Shown: one piece after another, positions 14,270 to 26,922 of the stretch
Position numbering within the stretch: position 1 is the first letter of the stretch
How the letters are laid out: the number at the start of each line of letters is the position of its first letter
DNA from: Octopus vulgaris
Lineage: Eukaryota
NCBI GenBank assembly: GCA_951406725.2
Contig: OX597825.1
Coordinates: 55,614,001-55,678,000, forward strand
DNA: 64,000 bases
Direction: 5' to 3'
Notes under the pieces: generated by a model
The model's input: only the letters and a program-made list of their open reading frames with translations
The model's database searches: none
Told to the model about the DNA's origin: nothing
Program-made: the position numbers and the translations under genes

Positions 14270-14480
14270 TACTGGTGTCATGCAAATGGTACCCTTGCCT
14301 GCGGCATGTAGATGCACGCATTACACTCTCAGAGTGGTTGGGGTTAGGAAGGGCAGCCAGCTTTAGAAAACCATGGCAAATCAGACTGGAGTCTGATGCA
14401 GCCTTCCAGCTTACCAGCCCTGGTCAAAATGTCTGACCCATGCCAGCAAGGGCAACAGACGTTAAATGATGATGATAATG
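14270..14480 (+). mobile_element. RTE 3' UTR fragment with (GAT)n tail
   Basis: 'tacactctcagagtggttggggttaggaagggcagccagc...catgccagc...gacgttaaatgatgatg'. Confidence 0.75.
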
Positions 14481-14567
14481 ATATATATATATATATATAT
14501 ACATATATATGGATATATATGTGTGTGTGTGTGTGTGTGTGTCTGTGTGCTTGTGTTTGTGTGTGTG

Positions 14568-14609
<42 letters not shown>

Positions 14610-14626
14610 TCATATATATATATATA

Positions 14627-15029
14627 TTCTTTTATTCTTTTACTTGTTTGTCTCATTTGATTGTGGCCACACTGGCCTAACATAAGGGTGTTAGTCAAAG
14701 AAAACAATCCCAAGACTTATTGTCTGCAAGCCTTAGTACTTATTCTATCAGTTACTTTTGCCAAACCACTAAGTTACAGGGACATAACCACACCAACATC
14801 AGTTGTCAAGTGATGGTTGTGGGACAAACACACACACAAATATAATATATATATATATATATATATATGACAGGCTTCTTTCAGTTTCTGTCTGACAAAT
14901 CCACTCACAAACTTTGGTTGGCTCAAAGCTATAGCAGAAAACACTTGCCAAAGATGCCACGCAATGGGACTGAACCCAGAACCACATGGTTGGGAAATAA
15001 GCTTCTTACCTCACAGCTATGCCTGCACC
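14627..15029 (-). mobile_element. SINE family A, near full length
   Basis: Tail, internal (CA)/(TA) stretch and head all present in reverse orientation. Confidence 0.85.
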
Positions 15030-15031
15030 TA

Positions 15032-15345
15032 TAGGCATGGATATGTGGTAAGAATCTTGCTTCCCAACCATGTGGTTCCAAGTTCCATTCCAGTGTTGCA
15101 CCTTGTGAGTGGATATAGCAGAAAGAAACTGAAAGAAGCCCATTGTAGATATGTATGTATATATATATTTGTGTGCGTGTCTCCCACCCATAACCACTTG
15201 AGAACTGCTGTTGGTTTGTTTGTGTCCATGATAGTATAAGAACCAGGCTTAAACGTAAGTGCTGACATCAATTCATTCAACTAAAAATTCAAGGTGCTGC
15301 CCCAACATGGCCACAGTCTAATGACTGATACAAGTAAATGGAAAA
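15032..15345 (+). mobile_element. SINE family A with internal deletions, head-to-head with the previous copy
   Basis: 'aggcatggatatgtggtaagaatcttgcttcccaaccatgtggttcc...aaggtgctgccccaacatggccacagtc'. Confidence 0.8.
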
Positions 15346-15457
15346 ATAGATATATATATATGTGTGTGTGTATATGTATAAATATTATATGCATAACATA
15401 TATAAATATCATCATCACTTATCGTCCATTTTCCATGCTAGCATGAGTTGTATAGCT

Positions 15458-15576
<119 letters not shown>

Positions 15577-15665
15577 ACACATACACATATAAGTGTGTTA
15601 TTTGTCTGTCTACTAATCCACGTATTTATATATCCAACCACCTCTCTCTCTCTCTCTTTCTGTTT

Positions 15666-15704
<39 letters not shown>

Positions 15705-15805
15705 CCAATTATCTATATATATCTACCATTTAAAGTAGAAGCACAATTTCCTCAAAGCTTGGCAACTTGTACATTATTCTTAGAGAAGGTCTAAAGGTCT
15801 CTTAC

Positions 15806-15831
15806 GACTTGGCGTTGTCGGAAGTAGCCAT
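15806..15831 (-). CDS. Candidate alternative first coding exon MATSDNAK(S), phase-2 donor
   Basis: Minus: gtaATGGCTACTTCCGACAACGCCAAGTC|gtaaga. Good start context, strong donor, three CpGs retained in CpG-poor surroundings. Confidence 0.5.
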
Positions 15832-16053
15832 TACTTCAATCACTCTCTTATCCTAGCATTCAAATATCCATTTACCATTTCATCTGCTTTATTTTTCTCC
15901 ATTTCCCTCCTTTTTCCTTTGTCTACCACCTTCTACCTTCTCTATCATCTTCATCATCTCCGCCCTGTAAAATGGACTTTAAGCTGGTGGTCATTTAAAA
16001 CTGCCATTCTAAAATGCCATGAAGATTTAAATGACAGCATAATGCAGCTTTAA

Positions 16054-16090
16054 ATTTGCATTCAATCACGTGATCACTTACATCACATGA
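16054..16090. promoter_or_regulatory. Octamer plus two E-boxes upstream of the 15831 ATG
   Basis: ATTTGCAT 16054-16061, TCACGTGA 16066-16073, TCACATGA 16083-16090 in unique sequence. Confidence 0.4.
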
Positions 16091-16473
16091 CCATTTATCT
16101 TTCAAAGTGGATTTGGTGTTACATTTTACACTTAAACCTGAACTACTTCCTCAAGTCATTCCATCGTATCTTTTGATTCCAACAAGCATCTTCCCATCAT
16201 TTCATTGTTTCTTATGACTGTTGTTTGTTGTTGTTGTTGTTGTTGTTGTTTTATATGTGTCTCAGTCCCTTTAGACTTCTGTCTTCATCTGTCACCCTGT
16301 CTGTCTGATTTTCTCTCTCTCTTGCATTGTTCCTTGCTTTTCTTTTTTCTCATTCTTTCCTTCTGGTATTTCTTATGTCTCTGACTGTAACTCTTTCTAC
16401 ACTTCCTCCCTCTTTCTCTTCTATCTCACCACACATCATACACACTAATACACACACACACACACACATACAT

Positions 16474-16550
<77 letters not shown>

Positions 16551-17019
16551 CAGATGAATGTATGTATGTATACATGCACAAATTTGCATGTATATTTGCA
16601 AATATGTGTGCATATGTGTGTGCATGCATACATATATAGAAAGATAGCTATATCAATTAATATATCAAACAATCAATAGTAAGGTAGATAGATCAATAGA
16701 CAGACAGATAGATAGAGAGAAGGAGAGAGAGAGATGCATATAACTCAATATACATATTTTTGTATATATATCTGGCTTCACTCATCCTGTACCTTGAAGA
16801 CTCCCCCAAACATCTCACTACCAGTTTTCTCTTTTCTCACTTCAAGCCTTTCTCTTCTATCCTCTATTCTAAAATCTAAGTAGTCTTGTGGCTCCACTTC
16901 AGCAGGAATCTTGTTTTGGTCTAGCTACTTCTCTCATACTTTAACTCTGCATCTCTTAGAGTAAAACCATTCTGCAGAGCTCCATAGTTTTGTGAGCTAC
17001 ATGGTAACTTTGGTAGTCA

Positions 17020-17215
17020 CTGCCACTGGAGGAAAAAAATACACCCAGTACACAATGTAAGTGGTTGACATTAGGAAGGGCATCCAACCATAGAAACCAT
17101 TCCAAAGTAATTACTGGAACCTGATACAAGTCTTGGACCACTTGGATCCTGTCAAACTGTCCAACTTATGCTAGCATGGAACATAGATATGAAATGGTGA
17201 TGGCAATGATAATAT
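17020..17215 (+). mobile_element. RTE 3' UTR fragment
   Basis: 'cacccagtacaca...gtggttgacattaggaagggcatcca...atgctagcatggaa'. Confidence 0.7.
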
Positions 17216-17221
17216 GATGCT

Positions 17222-17645
17222 GTGCAGATGGGGCTGCTATCCAGCCACATGGTTCCAGACTTAATACCTCTGCATGGTTCCCTGAGCAAGTGTCTCCTAC
17301 TGTAGTCCTGGGTTGACCAAAGACTTGTTAGTGGATTTAGTCGACAGAAACTGAAAGAACCATTCATATATATGTGTGTATGCGTATGTGTTTGCATGAG
17401 TGTGTGTGTTTGTCTTACTGTCTCCTTGCCTTGATTTCATGTGATAGTCATAAGCAAGTGTTACACTCACAATATCTGTATTCTTGATTACTAATCTTGT
17501 GTGAAAGCCATGTCTAGCCACAGGGAAACACTAACTTATTTGGAAAGAGATGGGGACTGGCAAACACCAAGGGCATCTAAACACAGGAAATTAACCTCAA
17601 CAAATTTAGGCTGACTAAATGGAGATGTACAAAAAAAAAACGATG
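17222..17645 (+). mobile_element. SINE with family A head and alternative RTE-like tail
   Basis: A-type head/core followed by 'tgtctccttgccttga...catgtctagccacagggaaa...aagggcatc...cgatgatg'; same layout at 33250 and 40300. Confidence 0.7.
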
Positions 17646-17756
17646 ATGGTATATAAATGTATCCATCTATCTATCTATCTGTCTAGCTGTCTATTTATCT
17701 ATATATAAACATACTCACATACAGATATACATTTGTACATGCATACACACACATAT

Positions 17757-18152
17757 ATTTACTCTTTTACTTGTTTCATTCATTTGACTGCGGCCATGCT
17801 GGAGCGCTGCCTTTAGTCGAGCAAATCGATCCCAGGACTTATTCTTTGTAAGTCTAGTACTTATTCTATCAGTCTCTTATGCTGGACCACTACGTTACGG
17901 GGATGTAAACACACCAGCATCGGTTGTCAAGCAATGTTAGTGGGGGACAAACACAGACACACAAACACACACACACATATATACATATACATATATACGA
18001 CAGGCTTCTTTCAGTTTCCGTCTATCAAATCCACTCACAAGGCTTTGGCCGGCCCCTGAGGCTATAGTAGAAGACACCTGCCCAAGGTGCCACGCTGTGG
18101 GACTGAACCCGGAACCATGGGGCCAGTAAGCGAGCTACTTACCACACAGCCA
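17757..18152 (-). mobile_element. SINE family A, full length, relatively young
   Basis: Complete reverse copy from the 'ttactcttttacttgtttca' tail to the 'cttaccacacagcca' head, many CpGs intact. Confidence 0.9.
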
Positions 18153-19107
18153 TATATATAGCATTTTTCAAATTTGTTGCGCTGTTTTATATATTTTTTA
18201 GTTGCTAGTTTATTTTATGTTTTGTATGCTTGCTTCATTATCATCATCATTCCCTTGCATCCCCCACCTCCTCATCATCACCTCCACCATCACCACTATC
18301 AAGCAACCTGTTGTTCTCTGCACAATACAATATATTTTTGTTTCTTTAAAATCTGTTGTGTTTTCCCTTACAGGCCAAATGGGAAAATGCCGAGAAAATT
18401 TTTCAAGAAAATTGGTAAATATTCTAATGACAATTTTTACTATTGCCATTGTGTTTTCGTTCTGTTCCATTTCACATGTGCTCATGTGTGTGTACTTGTG
18501 CATACGCATACATATATATGTGTATATGTGTGTGCATATGTGTATGGATGTTTGTATCATTTTTATTGTTTTTCATGTTGTTTTTCATTCTTTTCTGCAA
18601 CTCATCTTGTTTACCTTCTTTTGTTTATGTGTTTCTCTTTGTTGCTGTTGTTGTTGTTGTTGGTGGCGTTGGTGGTGGTGGTGGTGGTTAGTTTTACGTT
18701 AATTTCAATTTTCACTAATTATATAAAGTAATTACTTTCACTCCTCCCCCACCACCCACTTCCTCCCCTGCTTCCTCCTTCTCTCATCTACTCCTCCTTA
18801 CACTTCCTCCTACTTCAGCCATCCCCCATCTCCTACCACTACCGCCACTACCACCTCTTCTTTTCTTAATGTTTTTTCTTTTATTATATTTCTGTATTGA
18901 AATTATTATTGTTTTTATTTCATTTTATTTAAATAATTTCATGAGTGCATCTGTATGCATTTGTTTGTGTGCATACATGTGCATATGTATATATATATAT
19001 GTGCATATGTCTTTGTGTGTACATTTGTATGCATATATATATATGTGTGTGTGTGTGTATGTACATATGTGTGTATGGGCATACATGTATGTGTGTAAGT
19101 GCATATA

Positions 19108-19150
<43 letters not shown>

Positions 19151-19456
19151 GGATGTCAGTGAGTATATGACTGTTAATCTAAATGCATCTGTGTGTCTCT
19201 CTCTCTCTCATTCTCCAGGTATACATTATACACACACACACACACACATACACATGTATATAAATTGGCATGAAGAATGTGGAAGTATGTGTATCTGTTT
19301 ATGTTTGCGAGGGAGTGTATATGTGTGCATGTCACTATCTGCCAGAATATTTCTCTGAGTACATCTCTATAACATATGTATATGTCTTATATGTCTTATA
19401 TATATATATATATATATATACATACAGATGTGCGTGTATATATATACATACAGATG

Positions 19457-19496
<40 letters not shown>

Positions 19497-20091
19497 TGTA
19501 TAGATATAAATATACATACCATATAGTGCACAGGTGTATATGCATGGTATATGTGTGCCTTGATGCATATGTGTATATGTTTATGTATGTGTGTGTGTGT
19601 GTTGTTTTTACAAAAGATATAACATGCTCATTTCAAGATTACTTTCTCTGTTGTGTCTCTTCTTCGTACCTCTTCTCTCTCTCTTGTATCTCTCTTTCTC
19701 TCTCTCTTTCTCCCTTTTTCTCTATCTCTCTGTCTTTCTCTCTTTCTCCCCCTCAATCTGTCTCTCTTTTCTCTTTTTTCTTTCACACCTTCATATTGCC
19801 CCTTCTGTCATGTCTTTCTTTCTCTTTTTCTCCTCCTTCCATACTCTTTCTCTCTTTCTTATTGCATTTATTCTTTTTTGCTTTCTCTCTCTCTCTCTAG
19901 CCATCTCTCTCTCTCTCTCTCTCTCTCTTTTGCCCTATTGCTCTATTTCTACCTCTCTAGTTTTCTATTTTTTTCATCTAATTGCTTCCACACCACATTC
20001 TATTTGTTTCCAATGTTCAACATATTTTGCCTGTCTGTTGAACTCTCCTTTTATTTATCCACCCATCCATCCAACCATCTCTCTCTTTCTA

Positions 20092-20131
<40 letters not shown>

Positions 20132-20329
20132 GCTGTTTATCTGTCTTTTGTACCTGTCTATCATTTTATCAATCTATCTATCCATCACCCTGTCTCAATC
20201 ATTATCTCTCTCACAAAGTGTACATACATATGCATACAAGCAAACATACACACACATGCATACACCCAATCATACACACATACACACATACATACATACA
20301 CATATACATATAGGCATACACACATACAT

Positions 20330-20667
20330 ACAAGTGAAAGAGGACATTTATTGGCCATTGATAAGGAGTTTGCAAATCCAGTACCCAAGATACACTTTCA
20401 GCTTCTTACTTATCCTTATCGGAGAAACAGGAAACATACAGACCCATCTGGAGCAAAGTATGGCTGGATTTGATTTCTTAGAGAGAGAATGCAAATCCTT
20501 AATTCATATGTTACAAATGGTTATGATATTTGAGACTACAAAAATCTGCAAAACCTTCATAAGGTTTATAGGACAAGGATTAAAGATGATACTTTTCTTC
20601 ACAACCATGCTACCAAGTAGTTGGCCAGTCAAAATTTACTCTAAAATTAAAAAGATGAAGAGAAGAA
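20330..20667 (+). mobile_element. 5'-truncated RLE non-LTR retrotransposon (R4-like), CATA-associated, subfamily 1
   Basis: Encodes QVKEDIYWPLIRSLQIQYPRYTFSFLLILIGETG...TTKICKTFIRF, homologous to the copy at 20684; flanked by cata repeats. Confidence 0.7.
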
Positions 20668-20683
20668 CATACATACATACATA

Positions 20684-21201
20684 GATGATAGAGAAGAGAA
20701 ACTGTGCACAGTTGTGGGAATTAGCTGCCCAGCGGATGTTAACATAATGCTGAAGATCAGTGAAAAAGAGAACACCTACGCTGAAGTATTGAGAAATCTG
20801 CAGTTACTCTATCCAAATTACAAGTTTGGGTTTATACCTGTAATAATTGAAGCCCTGGGATATGTAACACACTGCCTAAATACCAATCTTGAGAAATTAG
20901 GCTTCTCAAACCAGAAAGGAGAAAGCTGATTTAATGACTACAGATCCAATCAATCACTGGAACTGCAGTAATCTGTAAAACTTTCCAGACGTTTATTATT
21001 TAAATATATATGAACATGTCTAGATATACAACTATACGTATAAGAATACATACATAAAGCAAAACATACAAATCTTCACATATACACACAAACAAAAATA
21101 CCCAGTTGATGTTGAAATTTCAATGAAGGAGCCTTGAATCTAAGTTAGAAACCAGCTTTTTCTCCATTGGCAAGAAATCTTGGAACAAAACTGAACAATG
21201 A
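20684..21201 (+). mobile_element. 5'-truncated RLE non-LTR retrotransposon (R4-like), CATA-associated, subfamily 2
   Basis: With frameshifts DREEK..TVV.ISCPADVNIMLKISEKENTYAEVLRNLQLLYPNYKFGFIPVIIEALGYV...ICKTFQTFII*, the (E/D)xxCP...EK..Y...IPxIIGALG pattern of the RLE domain; 3' UTR ends in gacatac. Confidence 0.8.
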
Positions 21202-21208
21202 CATACGT

Positions 21209-21400
21209 ACATGTCTAGGCATGCAACTATATGCATGAAAATACATGCATAAAACAAAACATACAAATCTGCACATATACATACATACAAAAATATCCTG
21301 TTGATGCTGTTGAAATACCAATGAAGGAGCCTTGGATCTAGATTAGAAACCAACTCTCTCTTTATTGGCAAGAAATCTTGAAATAAAATTGGATAATGAC
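21209..21400 (+). mobile_element. Third tandem piece (3' UTR only) of the same RLE family
   Basis: Diverged direct repeat of 21014-21201, ending in gacatacatacat. Confidence 0.8.
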
Positions 21401-21793
21401 ATACATACATACACTTATATACTTATGTACATATATAGTGGTTAGGGTATTTAGAGTGTTGTACTTCTGATTGCCAGATTACTGCTTCCAGTCTTGGACT
21501 GAGCATTTTGTTCTTGCACATTGTCTGGAGAGAGAGAGAGAGAGAGAGATAGTGATCAAGAGAAGTGGTATGAAGAAAAGATGCAGCAAAGAAAGCAATC
21601 TTGAAAATCACCTCTTGTCCATTATACATTGTACTCCAGTCACAGCCATAGCTGACATGTGGCACACTGTACTCCTGTATAGGCAATATTGATTTGATGG
21701 AAGGAGTTAGCTAACATACATCAATAAACATTTGATCCCTATAAACACATTCCTATAAACCATTGCAGGTTGTTTGGCAAGAAGTTGCAGAAC

Positions 21794-22025
21794 GAGGCGG
21801 CCAGCCTTCAGAAATGTTAACACTCCGGGTGAAATGCTTAGCGGTATTTCAGTTGCCGTTATGTTCTGGGTTCAAATTCCGCCAAGGCCGACTTTGCCTT
21901 TCATCCTTTCGGGGTCGATAAATTAAGTACCAGTTATACACTGTGGTCAATGTAATTGACTTAATCCGTTTGTCTGTCCTTGTCTGTCCTCTCTATGTTT
22001 AGCCCCCTGTGGGCAATAATGAAAT
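21794..22025 (+). mobile_element. SINE family B, full length, with 15-bp TSD
   Basis: B box 'gggttcaaattcc'; TSD aagaagttgcagaac at 21779-21793 and 22026-22040. Confidence 0.92.
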
Positions 22026-22199
22026 AAGAAGTTGCAGAACCCCTGTCTGTCAAATGCAACAAGAGAGTCCACAATATTTATACATGAGTGCATACAAATA
22101 TACAAAAGCTTATAATGATTTCATGAAGTCGTTTAATAAAATTAGAGAACTCATTTAAATGACACAGTGTACATAGGGTATATATATGTATATACATAT

Positions 22200-22252
<53 letters not shown>

Positions 22253-22418
22253 TACATCAATTATACATTGATATAAACTGTCTAATAAAAGCCAGAAACA
22301 TATGTACCGCTAAATCCTTTGCATCATGTTTTTCTTTTGATAAATATACTCTATCACCTACACCACTAACTGGCATATACAGGTGCTTACAATTATCAAG
22401 TATTCACCCTGAATTTTT

Positions 22419-22454
<36 letters not shown>

Positions 22455-23548
22455 CACACGCATATATATATTGTTTGCATTTAGTTCCTATATGTGTGTG
22501 TAAGTGTGTGTATGTGTGTATGTGTGTGTGTATGTGTGTGTATGCATGTACATATGTGTGTGTGTGTGTTTATGCTTCCTTATCTTGTGATTCTTCAATA
22601 ATTTCCAAATGAGTATCACCACCAATGGATACTGTGTCATTTTCTTTCTTTCTTTCTTTCTTTTTTGTTTTTTGCCAATGTTCCATGAAGACATGTCCAT
22701 TTATGGGCAAATATTACCTTTCATGGAAAAAACATTGGTGACAGGGACAGCACCATCACCAGAGAAAATCAGCCTCAGCGAAATAGGGGAAAAACGAACA
22801 TTAAAATCAATGATGATGATGATGATGATGGTATACAGATACTCCGTCTATTCATAGAATTAGAATCTCATTTCCATTATGCTTCAATAAAACTCCAAAT
22901 AGTCCTTAACCATTTTTGAATGTCATCACCATCTCCAATATTATCTTCTTTAAAATATTCATCACTGCCATCATCATCATCATCATCATCATCATCTTCA
23001 TCTTCATCATCAACTCAGTCTCAACACCACCATCATCAATATCATCATGAATACAGCCTATCACAATCACGGATATTTATTACCACACACACACACATAC
23101 ACACACACAACGATGTGTATATATATATACACATATAAATAAATATATACACACTCATCTACATACATGCATATATATTACATATACATATAAATATATA
23201 TATATATACATGTGTGTGTGTGTACATATATACACACATACATATGTGTATATATACATATGCACATAGGCACATACACACACATGCACACACACATGCA
23301 CACACACACACATGCACACACACAGCCATCCCTTTACACTAAATTATATCCATTTCTTCATTTAGGTTAATTAGTTTTTGAAATATTTTTACTTTACAAT
23401 ATTTAAAATAAATAATTTCTAACGTTTTATTGTTTTATTGTCTTGTTTATATTTATTTATTTAGTTGTTTTTAGTTTTTGGAAAATTTCTTCTTCTTCTC
23501 CCCTTTTGTTTTATGTATTTTCTGTTTCCGCTAATATTGAATTACTAT

Positions 23549-23635
23549 ATGATGATGATGATGATGATGTCAATAATGATGATGATGGTGATGATGGTGA
23601 CGTCGATTACGATTATGATGATGATGATGATGGTC

Positions 23636-23677
<42 letters not shown>

Positions 23678-23680
23678 GCA

Positions 23681-23716
<36 letters not shown>

Positions 23717-23728
23717 GTGGTGGTAATG

Positions 23729-23805
<77 letters not shown>

Positions 23806-23806
23806 A

Positions 23807-23842
<36 letters not shown>

Positions 23843-23845
23843 GTA

Positions 23846-23884
<39 letters not shown>

Positions 23885-23990
23885 ATGTCAATGATGATGA
23901 TGGTGACGACGACGATGATTATGATGATGGTGACGAAGACGATGATGATGATGATGATGACAATGATGATGATGTTGACGATAATGATTG
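23549..23990 (+). repeat. Long imperfect (GAT)n microsatellite
   Basis: Direct reading; source of the poly-D and poly-M ORFs. Confidence 0.97.
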
Positions 23991-24112
23991 CAGTGGTCGT
24001 AGTTGTATTGGTGGTTCTGGTGGTGGTGGTAGTTCCATTGATGGTGTCAATGGTGGTAATAGTGTTAGTTATGATGATAATGAAGAACTGATGATAATGA
24101 TGATGGTGGTGG

Positions 24113-24145
<33 letters not shown>

Positions 24146-24649
24146 CGACGATGACAATGGAGATGCTGTTGCTGGTGGTGGTGGTGGTGGTGCTAGTGTT
24201 GACAGTGTACACGGTGGCAACGGTGCTATGATGATAATGACAATATGATGATGATGATGATGACAACGATGATGATGAGAGTGACGATAGAGATAGTGAT
24301 TGTGGTTGTGGTGTTGATGCTGATGCTGCTGCTGCTGCTGGGGTTGGTGCTGGTGCTGGCTGTGTCGTGGTGGTGATGAATTATTGATCTGTAAAGATTT
24401 TTGTTTCCAAAATAGCCAATATAATTTTCTTCTTTCATATCACTTTGTTATTGATTTTTAAATTCAAAAAGAAGTTGTCTGTCAACTCTCTGTGTGTGCG
24501 TATATATATATATATATATAGTATGTATATATGAACATGTGTGTGCGTATGTGTGTATATATATTTGCGTGTGTCTGTGAATGTTTGTATTCATTTGAGT
24601 GTATGTGTGCATATACATATACATGCACACACATACACACATATATATA

Positions 24650-24731
<82 letters not shown>

Positions 24732-24981
24732 CATATTCATATATGTTCAGAGAGAGGGCATCAGGCATGGTATTTAATATCACCCATCAGTGGTTAATAA
24801 GAAAACGAATTACAGCTAAGACGATAATCATTTATTCCAATTGGTAGGTGTAGCCATCTCTATGTGTGTGTAGCACTAAGTTGCTTAATCTACACATCAG
24901 TGAAGATGGCCTTCTGCCTTTGATAGGTTTTGAAATATTGTATGACAAGATAATAATTTTACATATATCTTACTAGGGTCC

Positions 24982-25230
24982 CATGTGGCTGCATGGTAAG
25001 AAGTTTGCCTACTAACCACATGGTTTTGGGTTCAATCTCACTGTGTGGCACCTTGGGCAAGTATCTTCAACTATAGTCTCTCGCCAGTCAAAACCTTGTA
25101 AGTGGATTTGGTAGATGGGAACTGAAAGATGATTATAGTGTGTGTGTGAGGAGTCCACCACCACAACCTCACAACTGCTGTTGTGTTTATGTCCCCATAA
25201 CTTAGCAGTTCATTAAAAGAGACCAGTACT
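24982..25230 (+). mobile_element. SINE family A
   Basis: Head, 'ggcaccttgggcaagtatcttc' core and 'gtccccataacttagcagttc'. Confidence 0.8.
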
Positions 25231-25710
25231 TGTATTCATGTATTTTTGCTTCTAATGAGAACTAGAAGTTCTACGCTATCAGTGGTTCACAGGTTAATTA
25301 CCCATAGTTGGGACCTTAACAGGCGCTGCTATTCCAGGTCAAAGTAGACCTGACAAAAAATAGTGGCTGGGAGATAGTCTCACACTCCTAAAAAGTCTGG
25401 AACTCCCATATTAAAACCCTACAACTAAATGCAGTTTAAAGCCATACTGCGGATGGTAAACTCATAAAAATCCTGAAGACCAGTTGGTTTCTTATTGTCT
25501 TAACTTCTGTTGTGTCACTGGTTTTGTAGCTGATTGCAATGAAAAGTGAGCTTTGTGCTGTGCAACACTTTGTGCAATCAAAACAAATTCATCTTGAGGA
25601 ACTTCTTGTGCTTTTGGACTGTTTAGGAAGTGATCTTACTTGGTTATGATTTGAATTCCGCCATGTATGTATGCATGTATGTAGATATGTACATATATAT
25701 CAAACATATG

Positions 25711-25766
<56 letters not shown>

Positions 25767-26068
25767 TGAAAAATAGGTGTATTGCGTATTGCCTAAGTTT
25801 TCTAAAAGTAGATCATGAATTTCTGGTGATTTGTTTGAAAACCAGTCACTGGACTTACATGATTTAAATCTCACATTTTAAAATCAGAACTTAACTGCAG
25901 CTCTTGGGGGGCCAAATCAGATATGCAATCCATGTGGGTGTCTTTTCAAAACATTGGTTTAAGGAGCCACATCAGATGCCATGATAGATCTAAGGGGTAG
26001 CTACAAGGGGTGGTCAGACTCTGCCTAAGGAGTAAACAACCACCATATATATACATACATACACACAC

Positions 26069-26099
<31 letters not shown>

Positions 26100-26785
26100 C
26101 ATACATGCTTGATATTGGTACCATGATATTTAAAATCATATTGATTCTTCATTTAGAACTGATATGAATAAATATCAACTAAAGTTGGGGTGATTGCAGC
26201 AATGGCAGCAAAAGCAGCAGCAGCAGCAGTAGTAGCAGGAGCAGCAGCTGTAGTATCAATAGCAATAACAACACCTATATATTGGTCTACATAAATTTTA
26301 AGAGTATGGTCGACTAAAACAAATTGGTTTTATGCAAAACAAAATGAAAATCCTGTTCTGCAATTTATTACTGACATTATAGGTTATAGCTGCTTCATTC
26401 AGGGAAAAAAGAAAAGAAAAAAAAAACCTATGGTAGTAAGAAAGTCTTATGGGAGTAGGCAGGGTGGAGTTTTTTGCCCTTGTTTTTTTCAAGGGCTAAA
26501 TACTTAAAACAGCATTTTTCTTTTGTATTTTGGGTTTTTTTTTTCACACAATTTATTAAACATTATTAATAGCTGGATCACAACAACAACAGCGAGTCTT
26601 TTAGACAAAGAATTTTCACCAAAGAAATGAGACAAAAGGAGGTAAAAACCAAAAACAAAATAAATAAATAAATGAAAATAAAAATAAATAAAAATATAAA
26701 AATAAAAAAAGCATGTAAAGAATAAAAATAAACAACAACAAAAGCAGAGAATAAAATAAGGAAAATGTTATTGGAACCGACAAAC

Positions 26786-26922
26786 CTACGATATATTGGT
26801 TGCTGATCGATTGTGTTAACTACTATGAAGGCAGAACGGCTATTGGAATTCCCAACTCTAAATGTTTCATCGATACTTAATTCCCAGAGACATTTAATCA
26901 TATTACTTCCTTGACACAACAT
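26786..26922 (-). CDS. Candidate alternative first coding exon MLCQGSNMIKCLWELSIDETFRVGNSNSRSAFIVVNTIDQQPIYR(R/S)
   Basis: 45 open non-repetitive codons from ATG to CGT AG|gtttgt (phase 2) in a CpG-retaining island (26770-27090). An alternative donor c|gtaggt 4 nt earlier would be phase 1. Confidence 0.4.

Noticed and set aside
23443-24231. 262-aa poly-Asp ORF as an acidic biomineralisation protein
   Set aside because: It is a (GAT)n tract open in overlapping frames, with a non-ATG start and no splice or compositional support.
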